A DNA stretch of 64,000 nt from Candidatus Gottesmanbacteria bacterium UBA6580 (GCA_002433895.1 DJJA01000003.1:447745-511744); one strand, 5' to 3'; shown: positions 9,953 to 18,733, numbered from the stretch's first letter. Numbers and translations are program-made. The notes: generated from the sequence alone by a model not told the origin.

Positions 9953-10725
9953 ATTATTTTTTCTCCTTGGCGGCCATTTTATTTATCTACATGACGTGTT
10001 GGTATTGTGTCGCGGTTTTTGTAAAACGTAACGACATTGCGGATATCGCATGGGGATTGGGCTTTATTTTGTTGTCATGGGTTTCCTATGTATGGTCACC
10101 ATCACCTACCATGGCAGGACTTGCTGTCAATGCGCTGATATCCGTTTGGGGTATCCGGTTGGCGTTGCATATCTATTTTCGAAACCGGAAAAAGGGTGAG
10201 GATCACCGGTATCTCGCATGGAGAAAAGAGTGGGGTTCATGGTTTTATGTACGATCCTATTTCCAGATATTTATGCTGCAGGGAGTATTGTTGTACATCA
10301 TTGTGTTTCCCGTGTTGTATATGAATTATTTCCGTACTGAACAAGCGCTTGGTTTATGGGATATAGCCGGATTTTTCGTGTGGTTGTTTGGATTTTGTTT
10401 TGAATCAGCCGCAGATTGGCAACTGAAACAGTTTATCGCCAACCCGGCAAACAAAGGCAAAATAATGACGCAAGGACTGTGGCGCTTTAGTAGACACCCG
10501 AATTATTTTGGAGAAGTGGTGCAGTGGTGGGGCATATTTTTATATGCCGTATCTGCACCAAGCGGGTATGTCTCCGTTGTGGGGCCTCTTACCATCACCC
10601 TGCTTATTCTTTTCGTTTCCGGCGTCCCGTTGTTGGAAAAAAAATACGCGGGCCGGGAGGATTTTGCGCGGTACGCACGGCAAACCAGCATATTCATTCC
10701 TTTTCCGCCGAAACGTATTTCATGA
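9949..10725 (+). CDS. DUF1295 / steroid 5-alpha-reductase-like membrane protein
   Basis: DIAWG, WGIRL, EDHRY, ADWQL, GLWRFSRHPNYFGE; start moved to ATG 9949 (ATGA overlap). Confidence 0.85.
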   Translation: MNYFFSLAAILFIYMTCWYCVAVFVKRNDIADIAWGLGFILLSWVSYVWSPSPTMAGLAVNALISVWGIRLALHIYFRNRKKGEDHRYLAWRKEWGSWFYVRSYFQIFMLQGVLLYIIVFPVLYMNYFRTEQALGLWDIAGFFVWLFGFCFESAADWQLKQFIANPANKGKIMTQGLWRFSRHPNYFGEVVQWWGIFLYAVSAPSGYVSVVGPLTITLLILFVSGVPLLEKKYAGREDFARYARQTSIFIPFPPKRIS

Positions 10726-11231
10726 AGCCGAAAAAAGTACTTGTTAACGACCGGATGCAGCGCGGATATGTTTATTACCGAACCGAACCGGAAGGCAAAG
10801 CTTTTGACCCCCGTTTTGTGCCGGAGTTGACGCCCAAGCAGATGCTCCGGTTGGGGGTGTTTGGCGGTAAATACATGACAGACTGCCGGGATGAATTCCC
10901 CAAAAGCTGGTTTATTGGCGCGAAACTTTCCCCTGAGTTTTCGGATCCGAAAATAAATTTTTTTGGCATAGAGGCGAGTCAACCACTTCGTGAATGGCGG
11001 CGGAAGGATTGGATTCACCCGGATGATCCGCGCGGATGGTTCCAGTGGTATTGCCGGTATTATTCGGGAAGGCGTATGCCTGATGAAGACGATAGGCAAA
11101 TTACCCGATGGATAGCAATACGCCGGCATATTGCCCAAATTAAGCATAATTGTACGCCGGGGGATTGGTCGTGCCGCCCCCGTCAACGGCAGGCGCTGTT
11201 GCATTGGGCGTATGATGCCCGCCGTCTGTAG
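10722..11231 (+). CDS. Conserved hypothetical protein (Trp/Arg-rich, DPRGWFQWYCRYY motif)
   Basis: ATGA-coupled start; motifs PELTPKQML.LGVFGGKY, DPRGWFQWYCRYY.GRR, RQRQALLHWAYD recall a widespread uncharacterised family. Confidence 0.75.
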   Translation: MKPKKVLVNDRMQRGYVYYRTEPEGKAFDPRFVPELTPKQMLRLGVFGGKYMTDCRDEFPKSWFIGAKLSPEFSDPKINFFGIEASQPLREWRRKDWIHPDDPRGWFQWYCRYYSGRRMPDEDDRQITRWIAIRRHIAQIKHNCTPGDWSCRPRQRQALLHWAYDARRL

Positions 11232-11280
11232 CGGTTGGTGGTTGTACAAATTCCTTGCGGCATTTTATAATCATCCCTAT

Positions 11281-12384
11281 ATGAATAGCGAAACAAAACT
11301 TTTTGCGGGGATGATTCTTGCCACTGTCGTTATTATTGCCGGTGCGGTGTTTGCGTTTAGCAGACCCACCAACGCGCCCAAGATTGATCCAAAATTATTG
11401 GTTGCCGAAGATAGTTATAAGTTGGGGTCTCCGTCCGCAACTGTCACTCTTGTGGAATTCGGGGATTATCAGTGTCCTGCCTGCAGCGCCTATCATACCG
11501 TGGTGAAGCGGCTTACTGAAACATACAAAGAATCGCTGACTCTCGTATTCCGTAATTTCCCATTGCCATCGCATCCAAACGCACTCCCTGCCGCCCGGGC
11601 AGTGGAAGCCGCTGGACTGCAGGGGAAGTTCTGGGAAATGTATGACAAAGTATATGAAACGCAGGCAGAATGGTCGACCGAGAAAAATGCGGCGGAAATA
11701 TTTGCAGGATACGCGAAAGACCTGGGTCTCGATGGCGAGAAGTTTTCCAAGGATATGAAAAGTGATGCGGTGCAAAAGCGAATTGACCGGGATATAAATG
11801 ACGCGAACGTATTGGGAGTTAACGCGACACCGACGTTTTACCTCAACAACGAAAAGATCCAAAATCCCGCGAGCTTCGAAGATTTTGAAACGCTTATAAA
11901 AGCAGCCATACTCAACGCTCCACAGCCGAGCGCGTCGGATGAAGCGTCATATCATATACACGCCAATATCCGCGTATTGGTAGACGGCACGCCGGTAAAT
12001 TTTTCCGAAAGTAAATATCAGTCAAAGGAAGGCGAAGAGCTTCATGAGTATATACATTTCCATGACGGGATAGGGAATGTGTTTCATGTTCACAAAAAGG
12101 GAATGAAGTTGAGTGATCTGTTCGGATCACTTGGTATGAACTTTAGCGGGAAGCCGTTTGCCATGTATGTTAATGGCAAGCTGCAGTCTTTAAATGAAGC
12201 ATATGAACCCCAGGATTTAGACCGCATATTGGTGGTTTCAGGCGGAAGCATGTCCGATACCGCGTTGCAATCGCAAATTGCCGCGGTTTCTGATGATGCG
12301 TGTATATATTCTGAAAAGTGCCCTGAACGAGGAACTCCTCCCTCAGAAGAATGCGTTGGTGGGCTAGGCACAAATTGCGAATAG
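11281..12384 (+). CDS. Membrane-anchored DsbA-family thiol-disulfide oxidoreductase with a His/Cys-rich C-terminal domain
   Basis: N-terminal TM; EFGDYQCPAC, FRNFPL, QGKFWEM, GVNATPTF; extra domain with HIH, HFHD, HVH and four terminal Cys. Confidence 0.85.
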   Translation: MNSETKLFAGMILATVVIIAGAVFAFSRPTNAPKIDPKLLVAEDSYKLGSPSATVTLVEFGDYQCPACSAYHTVVKRLTETYKESLTLVFRNFPLPSHPNALPAARAVEAAGLQGKFWEMYDKVYETQAEWSTEKNAAEIFAGYAKDLGLDGEKFSKDMKSDAVQKRIDRDINDANVLGVNATPTFYLNNEKIQNPASFEDFETLIKAAILNAPQPSASDEASYHIHANIRVLVDGTPVNFSESKYQSKEGEELHEYIHFHDGIGNVFHVHKKGMKLSDLFGSLGMNFSGKPFAMYVNGKLQSLNEAYEPQDLDRILVVSGGSMSDTALQSQIAAVSDDACIYSEKCPERGTPPSEECVGGLGTNCE

Positions 12385-12390
12385 TTTGTC

Positions 12391-12418
12391 TCGAGAGAAA
12401 ACTAATGTTTTCTCTCGA
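12391..12418. terminator. Hairpin between convergent genes, probable terminator
   Basis: TCGAGAGAAAAC-TAAT-GTTTTCTCTCGA, a perfect 12-bp stem. Confidence 0.6.
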
Positions 12419-12468
12419 CGTGCCATCCGGCTTAGCCAGATGAAAACCAGCACTGCTCTCTTTCCTTG

Positions 12469-13668
12469 TTATTCATAACGGAGTGCCTCAATGGGGTCGA
12501 GGCGGGCAGCTCTGATGGCGGGCGCTACTCCGAAGATAATGCCGATTGCAGCGGAAAATCCAAACGATAACATGACTGACCAGGGGGTCACGGACGTTGT
12601 GACAAACTGATTAATTCCGAGCGCTCCGGCCGCCCCGATGCCTATACCAATGGCTCCTCCGAAGAGCGAGAGAATGACTGACTCGATCAGAAATTGCATA
12701 AGGATATCCCGCGGTGTCGCACCGACCGCTTTCCGAAGTCCAATTTCTCTGGTGCGTTCGGTGACGGACACGAGCATGATGTTCATAATCCCTATGCCAC
12801 CCACCAGAAGCGATATACCGGCAATACCACCGAGGGCTGCGGTAATCACATTGAGAAATTGTGTAATTGTTTCCAGAAGTTGAGTTGATTCAAGTACCGT
12901 AAACTCATCATCTTTGAGACGTCTTGCCAGTATGCGTTCCGCATCCTGCTGGGCTTGGGTCACTTCGTCGGCACTATTTGCTTCCACAAATATCATAAAT
13001 GGCCGGTCCTGATTAAACTGCCGCATGGCGGTTGTTAACGGTATAGCCGTAAAGTCATCCGCACTTCCCATTGCTCCACCGCCTCCTTTGGACTTGATGA
13101 CGCCGACTATCTCAAACTGTATGTCATTGAGGGTTAATTTTTTTCCCACCGGATTTACTCCTTCGCCGAACAGATCGGTCGCCGGTTTATTGCCCAGCAC
13201 AATGACGCGGCGGGTTCTTTCGACATCGTTTTGAGTAATGATCCTGCCGTACTCTGGTTCATATTTGGCTAAATCGAAGTAATTTTCCCAAAGTCCCCAC
13301 ACTTCTGTAGAGACGGTGTTTCCTCCATAGGAAAATGTACCAAACCCCTGCACCATGGGAGACGCCTGTTTGATCGCATCACTACCACTTTCGAGATCCG
13401 ATGCGTCAGAAATTTCGAATTTACTGGCAGACATCATAGCACCCCGTGGCCCTTGACTCACATCGACATCTCCTGCCATGACCATGATGGTGTTTGAACC
13501 CAAACTGGCAAATTGCTCAGTGACATAGTTTTGGAGGCCGGTGCCAATAGAAACGAGGAGGATAACGGATGAAACGCCGATGATGATGCCAAGCATGGTG
13601 AGGAGTGAGCGCACTTTGTTTGTGCGGAGTGCATTGAACGCGAGCTTGGTGTATTCGGCAAAGTTCAT
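12469..13668 (-). CDS. MacB/FtsX-type ABC transporter permease
   Basis: RSLLTMLGIIIGVSSVI, VGGIGIMNIMLVSVTERTREIGLRKAVGA, PAIRAARLDPIEALRYE. Confidence 0.93.
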   Translation of the reverse strand: MNFAEYTKLAFNALRTNKVRSLLTMLGIIIGVSSVILLVSIGTGLQNYVTEQFASLGSNTIMVMAGDVDVSQGPRGAMMSASKFEISDASDLESGSDAIKQASPMVQGFGTFSYGGNTVSTEVWGLWENYFDLAKYEPEYGRIITQNDVERTRRVIVLGNKPATDLFGEGVNPVGKKLTLNDIQFEIVGVIKSKGGGGAMGSADDFTAIPLTTAMRQFNQDRPFMIFVEANSADEVTQAQQDAERILARRLKDDEFTVLESTQLLETITQFLNVITAALGGIAGISLLVGGIGIMNIMLVSVTERTREIGLRKAVGATPRDILMQFLIESVILSLFGGAIGIGIGAAGALGINQFVTTSVTPWSVMLSFGFSAAIGIIFGVAPAIRAARLDPIEALRYE

Positions 13669-13805
13669 CCGGGAAGTGAAATTTCGACCATTGCGTATCT
13701 ACGCTGTTGAAAATTCAGTCTCCTTTCGTTTTGTATACATAATATTATTTAGATTATTTATTCGACTCGCAATGAACGAAAGCGTGTCGAAATTCTACTA
13801 CCCGG
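13669..13805. mobile_element. 137-bp MITE-like hairpin element with 20-bp imperfect terminal inverted repeats and a 4-bp TCAT (ATGA) flanking duplication
   Basis: Left end CCGGGAAGTGAAATTTCGAC (13669-13688) and right end GTCGAAATTCTACTACCCGG (13786-13805) are 17/20 complementary; TCAT lies directly on both sides (13665-13668, 13806-13809). Confidence 0.7.
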
Positions 13806-14501
13806 TCATGTCCGTTTGGGTGGTTTCCCGTCAGCAATTATTTTCCCGTCCGCTATCCGGACGATGCGTTTTGCGTGATGCGCGACGTCTTCATCATGGG
13901 TGACGAGCACGATAGTGCTACCCTTGTCATGAAGGTTTTGGAATATGTTCATGATATCGCGCCCTGACTTACTATCGAGATTACCGGTTGGTTCGTCTGC
14001 CAATATGATGCTGGGCTTGGTAACGAGCGCGCGGGCGATCGCTACCCGTTGTTGTTGTCCTCCGGAAAGCTGGGATGGGAAGTTGCCCATTTTTTCTGAT
14101 AATCCGACTTCGGTAAGCATGGCGCGTGCCCGTTCCTTCCGTTCTTTTGGGGTAACTTTGGCATATACAAGCGGAAGTTCAACATTAGAGAGCGCGCTGG
14201 TTTTTCTGAGTAAATTAAATTGTTGAAAGACAAATCCTATGTGGGTATTCCGGATTTCCGCGAGCTCTGCGTCATTTGCCGTAAATATGTCGTGTTCTTC
14301 TATATATACCTTGCCGCTTGTCGGCCGGTCCAGGCAGCCGATGATATGCATGAGTGTTGATTTGCCCGACCCTGACGGTCCCATGATAGCGACAAATTCA
14401 CCCTCTTTGATGGAGAGGGATACATTATCCAAAGCCTGGAAAACGACGCCATCCATTTTGTACTCTTTGGAGACATTAGCAATCTTGAGAAGTGTTGTCA
14501 T
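13806..14501 (-). CDS. ABC transporter ATP-binding protein (MacB/LolD family)
   Basis: [49 protein letters not shown]. Confidence 0.95.
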   Translation of the reverse strand: MTTLLKIANVSKEYKMDGVVFQALDNVSLSIKEGEFVAIMGPSGSGKSTLMHIIGCLDRPTSGKVYIEEHDIFTANDAELAEIRNTHIGFVFQQFNLLRKTSALSNVELPLVYAKVTPKERKERARAMLTEVGLSEKMGNFPSQLSGGQQQRVAIARALVTKPSIILADEPTGNLDSKSGRDIMNIFQNLHDKGSTIVLVTHDEDVAHHAKRIVRIADGKIIADGKPPKRT

Positions 14502-15553
14502 TTTGGGATGCTCGTAAAGCCCTTAGTGACTACCAAATCATTTTCATTCAACCCAGAGGTAATGATGACGTCATCTTCGTTTTTGGCGCCTGTGGTTACC
14601 GTTACTTTCTGGTATGTTTTGCCTGTTTTTTTGTAAACATAGGTTGTATTATTTTCTTCCCGTAACGCTTCGGTTGGAATTGTGAGCACATTGTCCTGGC
14701 GGCCTGTTTCGATAGTTATATCACCGTTTAGCCCAACCCGTAATTGCTGCGGATCGGTAAACGCGACTTTAACGGGGAACACGGTGGCTCCGCCGCTCGA
14801 TTGTTCTGAGACATAGGATATGTGGGCGATGGTACCTGAAAATGTCGACTCGGGAAACGCGTCCAGCTTGATGATCGCCGGTTGGCCGATGCTGATACCC
14901 CCGACATCAACCTCATCCACATTTGCCTCGAATATCAGGCTTTCAGGGTCAGCGACAGCAAACACCGAGGTGGCAGGTGTGATGTTCACGCCGGCAATGG
15001 GGGTGTCGATGTGGGTTACAATACCGGCAATGGGTGTGGTTAATGATGCAAACTCTACTGCCAGGCTCTTGAGCTCTACATCAAGGACCGCTTTATCGAG
15101 ATCCCATTGGTTTTTTTCGAGTATCCGCGCGACGGTATCATTGAGCAGATTATTCACCGCGTCAGTTTTTCTTGTGCCATACGTAATCTGGCGGGCTTCT
15201 TCAAAATCATTCCGTTCGTTAGAATAGTCGCGGAGCGCCTTTTCCAGATTTTTTTGTACCTCCCGCACGTCTAACCCTGCAAGTGCCTGGTATGCCTGCA
15301 CCCGGTCGCCTTCCTTCACTCCTACCCATGCAAGTTTTCCTGATGTTTGGAATTTGAGCTCAACTGATTTATCCGCCTGGGTTTTGCCGGAAGATGAGAG
15401 CGTTTTTACGAAATTTCTTTGGGTAACTTTAGCGGTAGTGATAGAGGTGTTGGCCTTTTGCGCAGCCGTGTTTTTTGACCAAAAAATAATTCCTGCGACG
15501 ACAAACACGATAATCAGGGATATTTTCCAATAGCGTGTTAGTATCGCTTTCAT
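14498..15553 (-). CDS. Periplasmic adaptor / membrane fusion protein (MacA-like)
   Basis: N-terminal TM, lipoyl halves SGKLAWVGVKEGDRV and TPIAGIV, VDEVDV, LDAFP, GLNENDLVV. Confidence 0.88.
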   Translation of the reverse strand: MKAILTRYWKISLIIVFVVAGIIFWSKNTAAQKANTSITTAKVTQRNFVKTLSSSGKTQADKSVELKFQTSGKLAWVGVKEGDRVQAYQALAGLDVREVQKNLEKALRDYSNERNDFEEARQITYGTRKTDAVNNLLNDTVARILEKNQWDLDKAVLDVELKSLAVEFASLTTPIAGIVTHIDTPIAGVNITPATSVFAVADPESLIFEANVDEVDVGGISIGQPAIIKLDAFPESTFSGTIAHISYVSEQSSGGATVFPVKVAFTDPQQLRVGLNGDITIETGRQDNVLTIPTEALREENNTTYVYKKTGKTYQKVTVTTGAKNEDDVIITSGLNENDLVVTKGFTSIPK

Positions 15554-15600
15554 AGAAGAATTATAGCAGTAATGTATGCCTATTTCTATTGGATATCGTA

Positions 15601-15633
15601 CAAAAACTCAGCCCGCAGTGTGGCGGGCTGAGT
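15601..15633 (-). terminator. Rho-independent terminator of hsp20
   Basis: ACTCAGCCCGC/GCGGGCTGAGT 11-bp stem followed by a T tract on the minus strand, 30 nt past the hsp20 stop. Confidence 0.8.
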
Positions 15634-15662
15634 AGGCGAGAGCCGAGCATATGCGTATCGGC

Positions 15663-16073
15663 TTATTTTTCTTCACGCACGGAAATTTTTTTGGGTTGTG
15701 TTTTAGGGGATTTTGCAAAAGAAACAGTCATCACACCGTTTTTGACGGCCGCTTCCGGTTCTTTGTTGATATCAAGGTCGCCTGGTACCGCGACTCTATA
15801 TGAAAACATACTCGCCGCTTTGCGGTAGTATTTTTTTTCTTTTTCTTCGTTTTTGGCTTCGCCTTTGATCCAGACGACACCTTTGTCAAATGTTACCTCT
15901 ATGTCTTTGGGGTCAACTCCCGGAACCGCGACCTGTACGTATACATGGGTATTGTCCTCGGAAAGTGATAAGCCGCTCGGCCAATTGGTGAGCGTTCCCC
16001 AGTCTTCTTCATCTTCCCAAAGGTTTGGAACTGACGGGATCCGCCAGAATGAGCGGGGGACTAAATCTACCAT
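15663..16073 (-). CDS. Hsp20 / alpha-crystallin small heat-shock protein
   Basis: VPGVDPKDIEV, F.YRVAVP, A.VKNGVMTV.F.K, C-terminal ISV; ATG 16073 preceded by strong SD AAGGAGGTGAT. Confidence 0.92.
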   Translation of the reverse strand: MVDLVPRSFWRIPSVPNLWEDEEDWGTLTNWPSGLSLSEDNTHVYVQVAVPGVDPKDIEVTFDKGVVWIKGEAKNEEKEKKYYRKAASMFSYRVAVPGDLDINKEPEAAVKNGVMTVSFAKSPKTQPKKISVREEK

Positions 16074-16122
16074 AATCGTATCACCTCCTTTCTTCACCCT
16101 TCTTCAATGTGTTAAGAAGGTC

Positions 16123-16149
16123 TTAGCACTCTTATACCATGAGTGCTAA
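16123..16149. promoter_or_regulatory. CIRCE element (HrcA operator) overlapping the hsp20 promoter
   Basis: Exact TTAGCACTC-N9-GAGTGCTAA; minus-strand TTGACA at 16160-16155 and TG-G-TATAAG running through the spacer. Confidence 0.93.
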
Positions 16150-16223
16150 TTTCTTGTCAACCCTGTTTTTTGTGACGGATCTGTGGGAGATTGTGTGGAC
16201 GGCATAATGATGTTTTTTGTATC

Positions 16224-16252
16224 TTGCGTTACATTATTCGATTACTTACAAT
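16224..16252 (+). promoter_or_regulatory. Sigma70-type promoter for the second DsbA gene
   Basis: TTGCGT-17 nt-TACAAT, 8 nt before ATG 16261. Confidence 0.55.
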
Positions 16253-16260
16253 GCCTTTAT

Positions 16261-17034
16261 ATGAAAGAAAATGAAACCGCAGCCCGTCCGGCATGGCCAC
16301 AGATAACACTTGTCGTTTTACTCGTCATCGCTTCATTTATGTTGGGGTCCCTCTATACAAAAGTGCAATATCTTGAAGCAGGCGGTGCACCTGCCGCAGG
16401 TGGGGCAGTTAAGTCAAAATACAAATCTTTTGAAGACGCGATGGGCGCGTTTGCAAAGGCCGTAAAGATGGATTCAAAGAAGCTTCTTACGTGTATGGAA
16501 AGCGGCGAGAAAGCCGCGATAGTAAACGCGGAAACTGAGGAAGGGAGCACTGTGGGGGTGACCGGCACACCGGCTTTCCTTATCAACGGTAAGCTGTTGG
16601 GTGGGGCATTTCCTTATGAAAGTTTTAAGGAAGTAATCGATAAAGAATTGGCGGGTACGGGATCAGAAGATCCTGCTGATTATTCGAAAAACCTGCAGGA
16701 CGCAAATAAATCAGGAGCGTTCGATCCGAAGCCAAGAGTGGTTGCGGTGGGTAACTCGAGCGTGCGTGGCGGGAAAGCTGGCGCGCCGGTAACGATTATC
16801 GAATTTTCCGATTTTCAATGCCCATACTGCGGAAAAGCACATCCGACTGTGAAAAAAGTGCTGGCTGACTATGGCGATAAAGTAACACTGGTATTCAAGC
16901 ATTTCCCATTGGTAAGCATCCATCCGCGGGCCCAGAAATCCGCAGAAGCGGCTGAGTGTGCCAAGGATCAGGGTAAATTCTGGGAATTCCACGATCAGTT
17001 GTTTGATAACCAGACAGACTGGGCAAGTCTTTAA
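16261..17034 (+). CDS. DsbA-family oxidoreductase with circularly permuted domain order
   Basis: After a TM anchor, GVTGTPAFLING...F.EVID comes first; EFSDFQCPYC...FKHFPL...AAECAKDQGKFWEFHD comes last. Confidence 0.85.
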   Translation: MKENETAARPAWPQITLVVLLVIASFMLGSLYTKVQYLEAGGAPAAGGAVKSKYKSFEDAMGAFAKAVKMDSKKLLTCMESGEKAAIVNAETEEGSTVGVTGTPAFLINGKLLGGAFPYESFKEVIDKELAGTGSEDPADYSKNLQDANKSGAFDPKPRVVAVGNSSVRGGKAGAPVTIIEFSDFQCPYCGKAHPTVKKVLADYGDKVTLVFKHFPLVSIHPRAQKSAEAAECAKDQGKFWEFHDQLFDNQTDWASL

Positions 17035-17124
17035 GAACATAATCGCGGATAAGTGCGGATGTGGTAAAGGGAAGAAATACCTAGTGCTAGTTTTCCAAGC
17101 GTGGTAACGTCCGTAAATCCCTTA

Positions 17125-18159
17125 TCAGAAGAGTTCTTCCTGTTGTTTCTTGGTTGGTGTCTTTCCTAAGTGCGTAAATGCTGCCTCTGTTGCTGAACGC
17201 CCCCGGGGTGTCCGTTTCAAAAACCCGATTTGCATAAGGTATGGTTCCAATACTTCCTCTACGGTGCCGGTGTCTTCCGACAACGCAGCGGCGAGTGTTT
17301 CTATGCCCACAGGGCCGCCGGAGAATTTATCAATAAGGATAGTGAGTAGTCTTCGGTCTGAATTGTCGAGTCCTACACTGTCGACTTCAAAAAGGGTAAG
17401 GGAGTGGTGAAGTATGGGTTCATCAATCGTCCCATTACCTTCAATTTGCGCGACATCCCGTACCCTTTTGAGCAACCGGAGCGCGATGCGCGGAGTGCCG
17501 CGGCTCCGTTTGGCAAGTTCGCGGCGCGCGATGGGATCAAGCGCAATATTGAGTTTTTTGGCTGCCCGGTCGAGAATTTCTTCGATTTCTTTTGGCTCGT
17601 AAAACGACAATCTGGTGACGACGCCAAAGCGGTCGCGCATAGGGGAAGAGAGGAGTCCCACCCTCGTCGTCGCGCCGATAATGGTAAATGGAGGCAAATC
17701 CAACCGTAGCGTCCGGGCTGCCGGACCTTTCCCCAAGACGATGTCGAGCGCGTAATCTTCCATCGCTGGATAAAGGGTTTCTTCTACTACTTTATTGAGC
17801 CGGTGTATTTCATCTATAAACAGGATGTCGTTGGGTTCCAGATTGGTAAGTATAGCGGCCAGATCGCCTGCCCGTTCTATCGCCGGTCCGCTGGTGACGC
17901 GGACATTAACATCAAGCTCTTTGCCGATGAGGTGGGCCAGCGTTGTTTTACCCAGTCCGGGAGGGCCATAGAGGAGGATATGCTCCAGTGCCTCTTTCCG
18001 TTTTTTGGCTGCCGCTATAGCGATGTGTAGAGTGCGCTTGACGTTTTCCTGACCTGCAAACTCCGGCCAGGTAGCCGCCCGGAGTGATACGAGAAGTGAT
18101 TGTTCTTCCGGAGTGACCGTCGTTTCCAGAATGTTTTGGGTAAGCGGAGATTTTTTCAT
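17125..18159 (-). CDS. ruvB: Holliday junction branch migration helicase RuvB
   Basis: GPPGLGKTT, FIDEIHRL, EETLYPAMEDY, GATTR, RSRGTPRIA, EPYLMQIGFLKRTPRGR. Confidence 0.97.
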   Translation of the reverse strand: MKKSPLTQNILETTVTPEEQSLLVSLRAATWPEFAGQENVKRTLHIAIAAAKKRKEALEHILLYGPPGLGKTTLAHLIGKELDVNVRVTSGPAIERAGDLAAILTNLEPNDILFIDEIHRLNKVVEETLYPAMEDYALDIVLGKGPAARTLRLDLPPFTIIGATTRVGLLSSPMRDRFGVVTRLSFYEPKEIEEILDRAAKKLNIALDPIARRELAKRSRGTPRIALRLLKRVRDVAQIEGNGTIDEPILHHSLTLFEVDSVGLDNSDRRLLTILIDKFSGGPVGIETLAAALSEDTGTVEEVLEPYLMQIGFLKRTPRGRSATEAAFTHLGKTPTKKQQEELF

Positions 18160-18165
18160 AAGATA

Positions 18166-18732
18166 TTACCCGAGCATTTTGAGGGCAAACTTTACTTTTT
18201 GTTCCAGCGTTCCTTCTGCCGGTAGCTTTTTTACCGCCTCCCGTGCTTCTTTACGGTCAAATCCCATGGTAATAAGCGCGTCTATGATTTGTTTTGTGTC
18301 GCCGCTTGTTTCATCGGTGAGATCCAGGTCTGATGTGCTCCCCAGTTTGCTTTTGAGCTCTATGATAATTTTTTGCGCGTTTTTTTTGCCGAGACGAGGA
18401 ACGGCCATAAAAAATTCAACATCAGAAGCAATAATTGCCCGTTTTATGGCGGTTTCTCCGCGGTCAAGAACGGCGAGCGCGGTTTTGGGTCCGATACCCG
18501 AGACACTTAATAGCAGTTCAAAAAGAGACATTTCTTCTTCCGAAGAAAAACCAAATAATTGCAAAACGTCTTCCCGCACATGCAAGTACGTAAGAACAGT
18601 GAGCTGCTGTCCCACTGTGGTTGTTGCGAGAAGGCCTTGTGGTACATGCACGGCATATCCAACCCCATGCACATCCAGGACGAGCGGGTTGTGATGCATG
18701 CGGATAACCGTACCGGTGAGTTGGGCGATCAT
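18166..18732 (-). CDS. ruvA: Holliday junction DNA-binding protein RuvA
   Basis: MIAQLTG, DVHGVGY, HVRED..LFGF, VSGIGPKTAL, ALITMGF. Confidence 0.95.
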   Translation of the reverse strand: MIAQLTGTVIRMHHNPLVLDVHGVGYAVHVPQGLLATTTVGQQLTVLTYLHVREDVLQLFGFSSEEEMSLFELLLSVSGIGPKTALAVLDRGETAIKRAIIASDVEFFMAVPRLGKKNAQKIIIELKSKLGSTSDLDLTDETSGDTKQIIDALITMGFDRKEAREAVKKLPAEGTLEQKVKFALKMLG

Positions 18733-18733
18733 A

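Noticed and set aside
10503-11249. 248-aa minus-strand ORF
   Set aside because: Antisense shadow of two plus-strand genes with coherent motifs and ATGA coupling; no motif of its own.
12424-12442. Second small hairpin CATCCGGC-TTA-GCCAGATG
   Set aside because: Short and imperfect; no second copy noticed.
13541-13903. 120-aa plus-strand ORF spanning the 137-bp element
   Set aside because: Overlaps both ABC genes antisense and shows no transposase or recombinase motif.
17035-17124. Possible frameshifted continuation of the permuted DsbA; weak GCGGAT repeat and imperfect stem
   Set aside because: The alternative frame (FKNIIADKCGCG...) does not resemble the DsbA C-terminal half, which is already present upstream; the stem is too weak to call.
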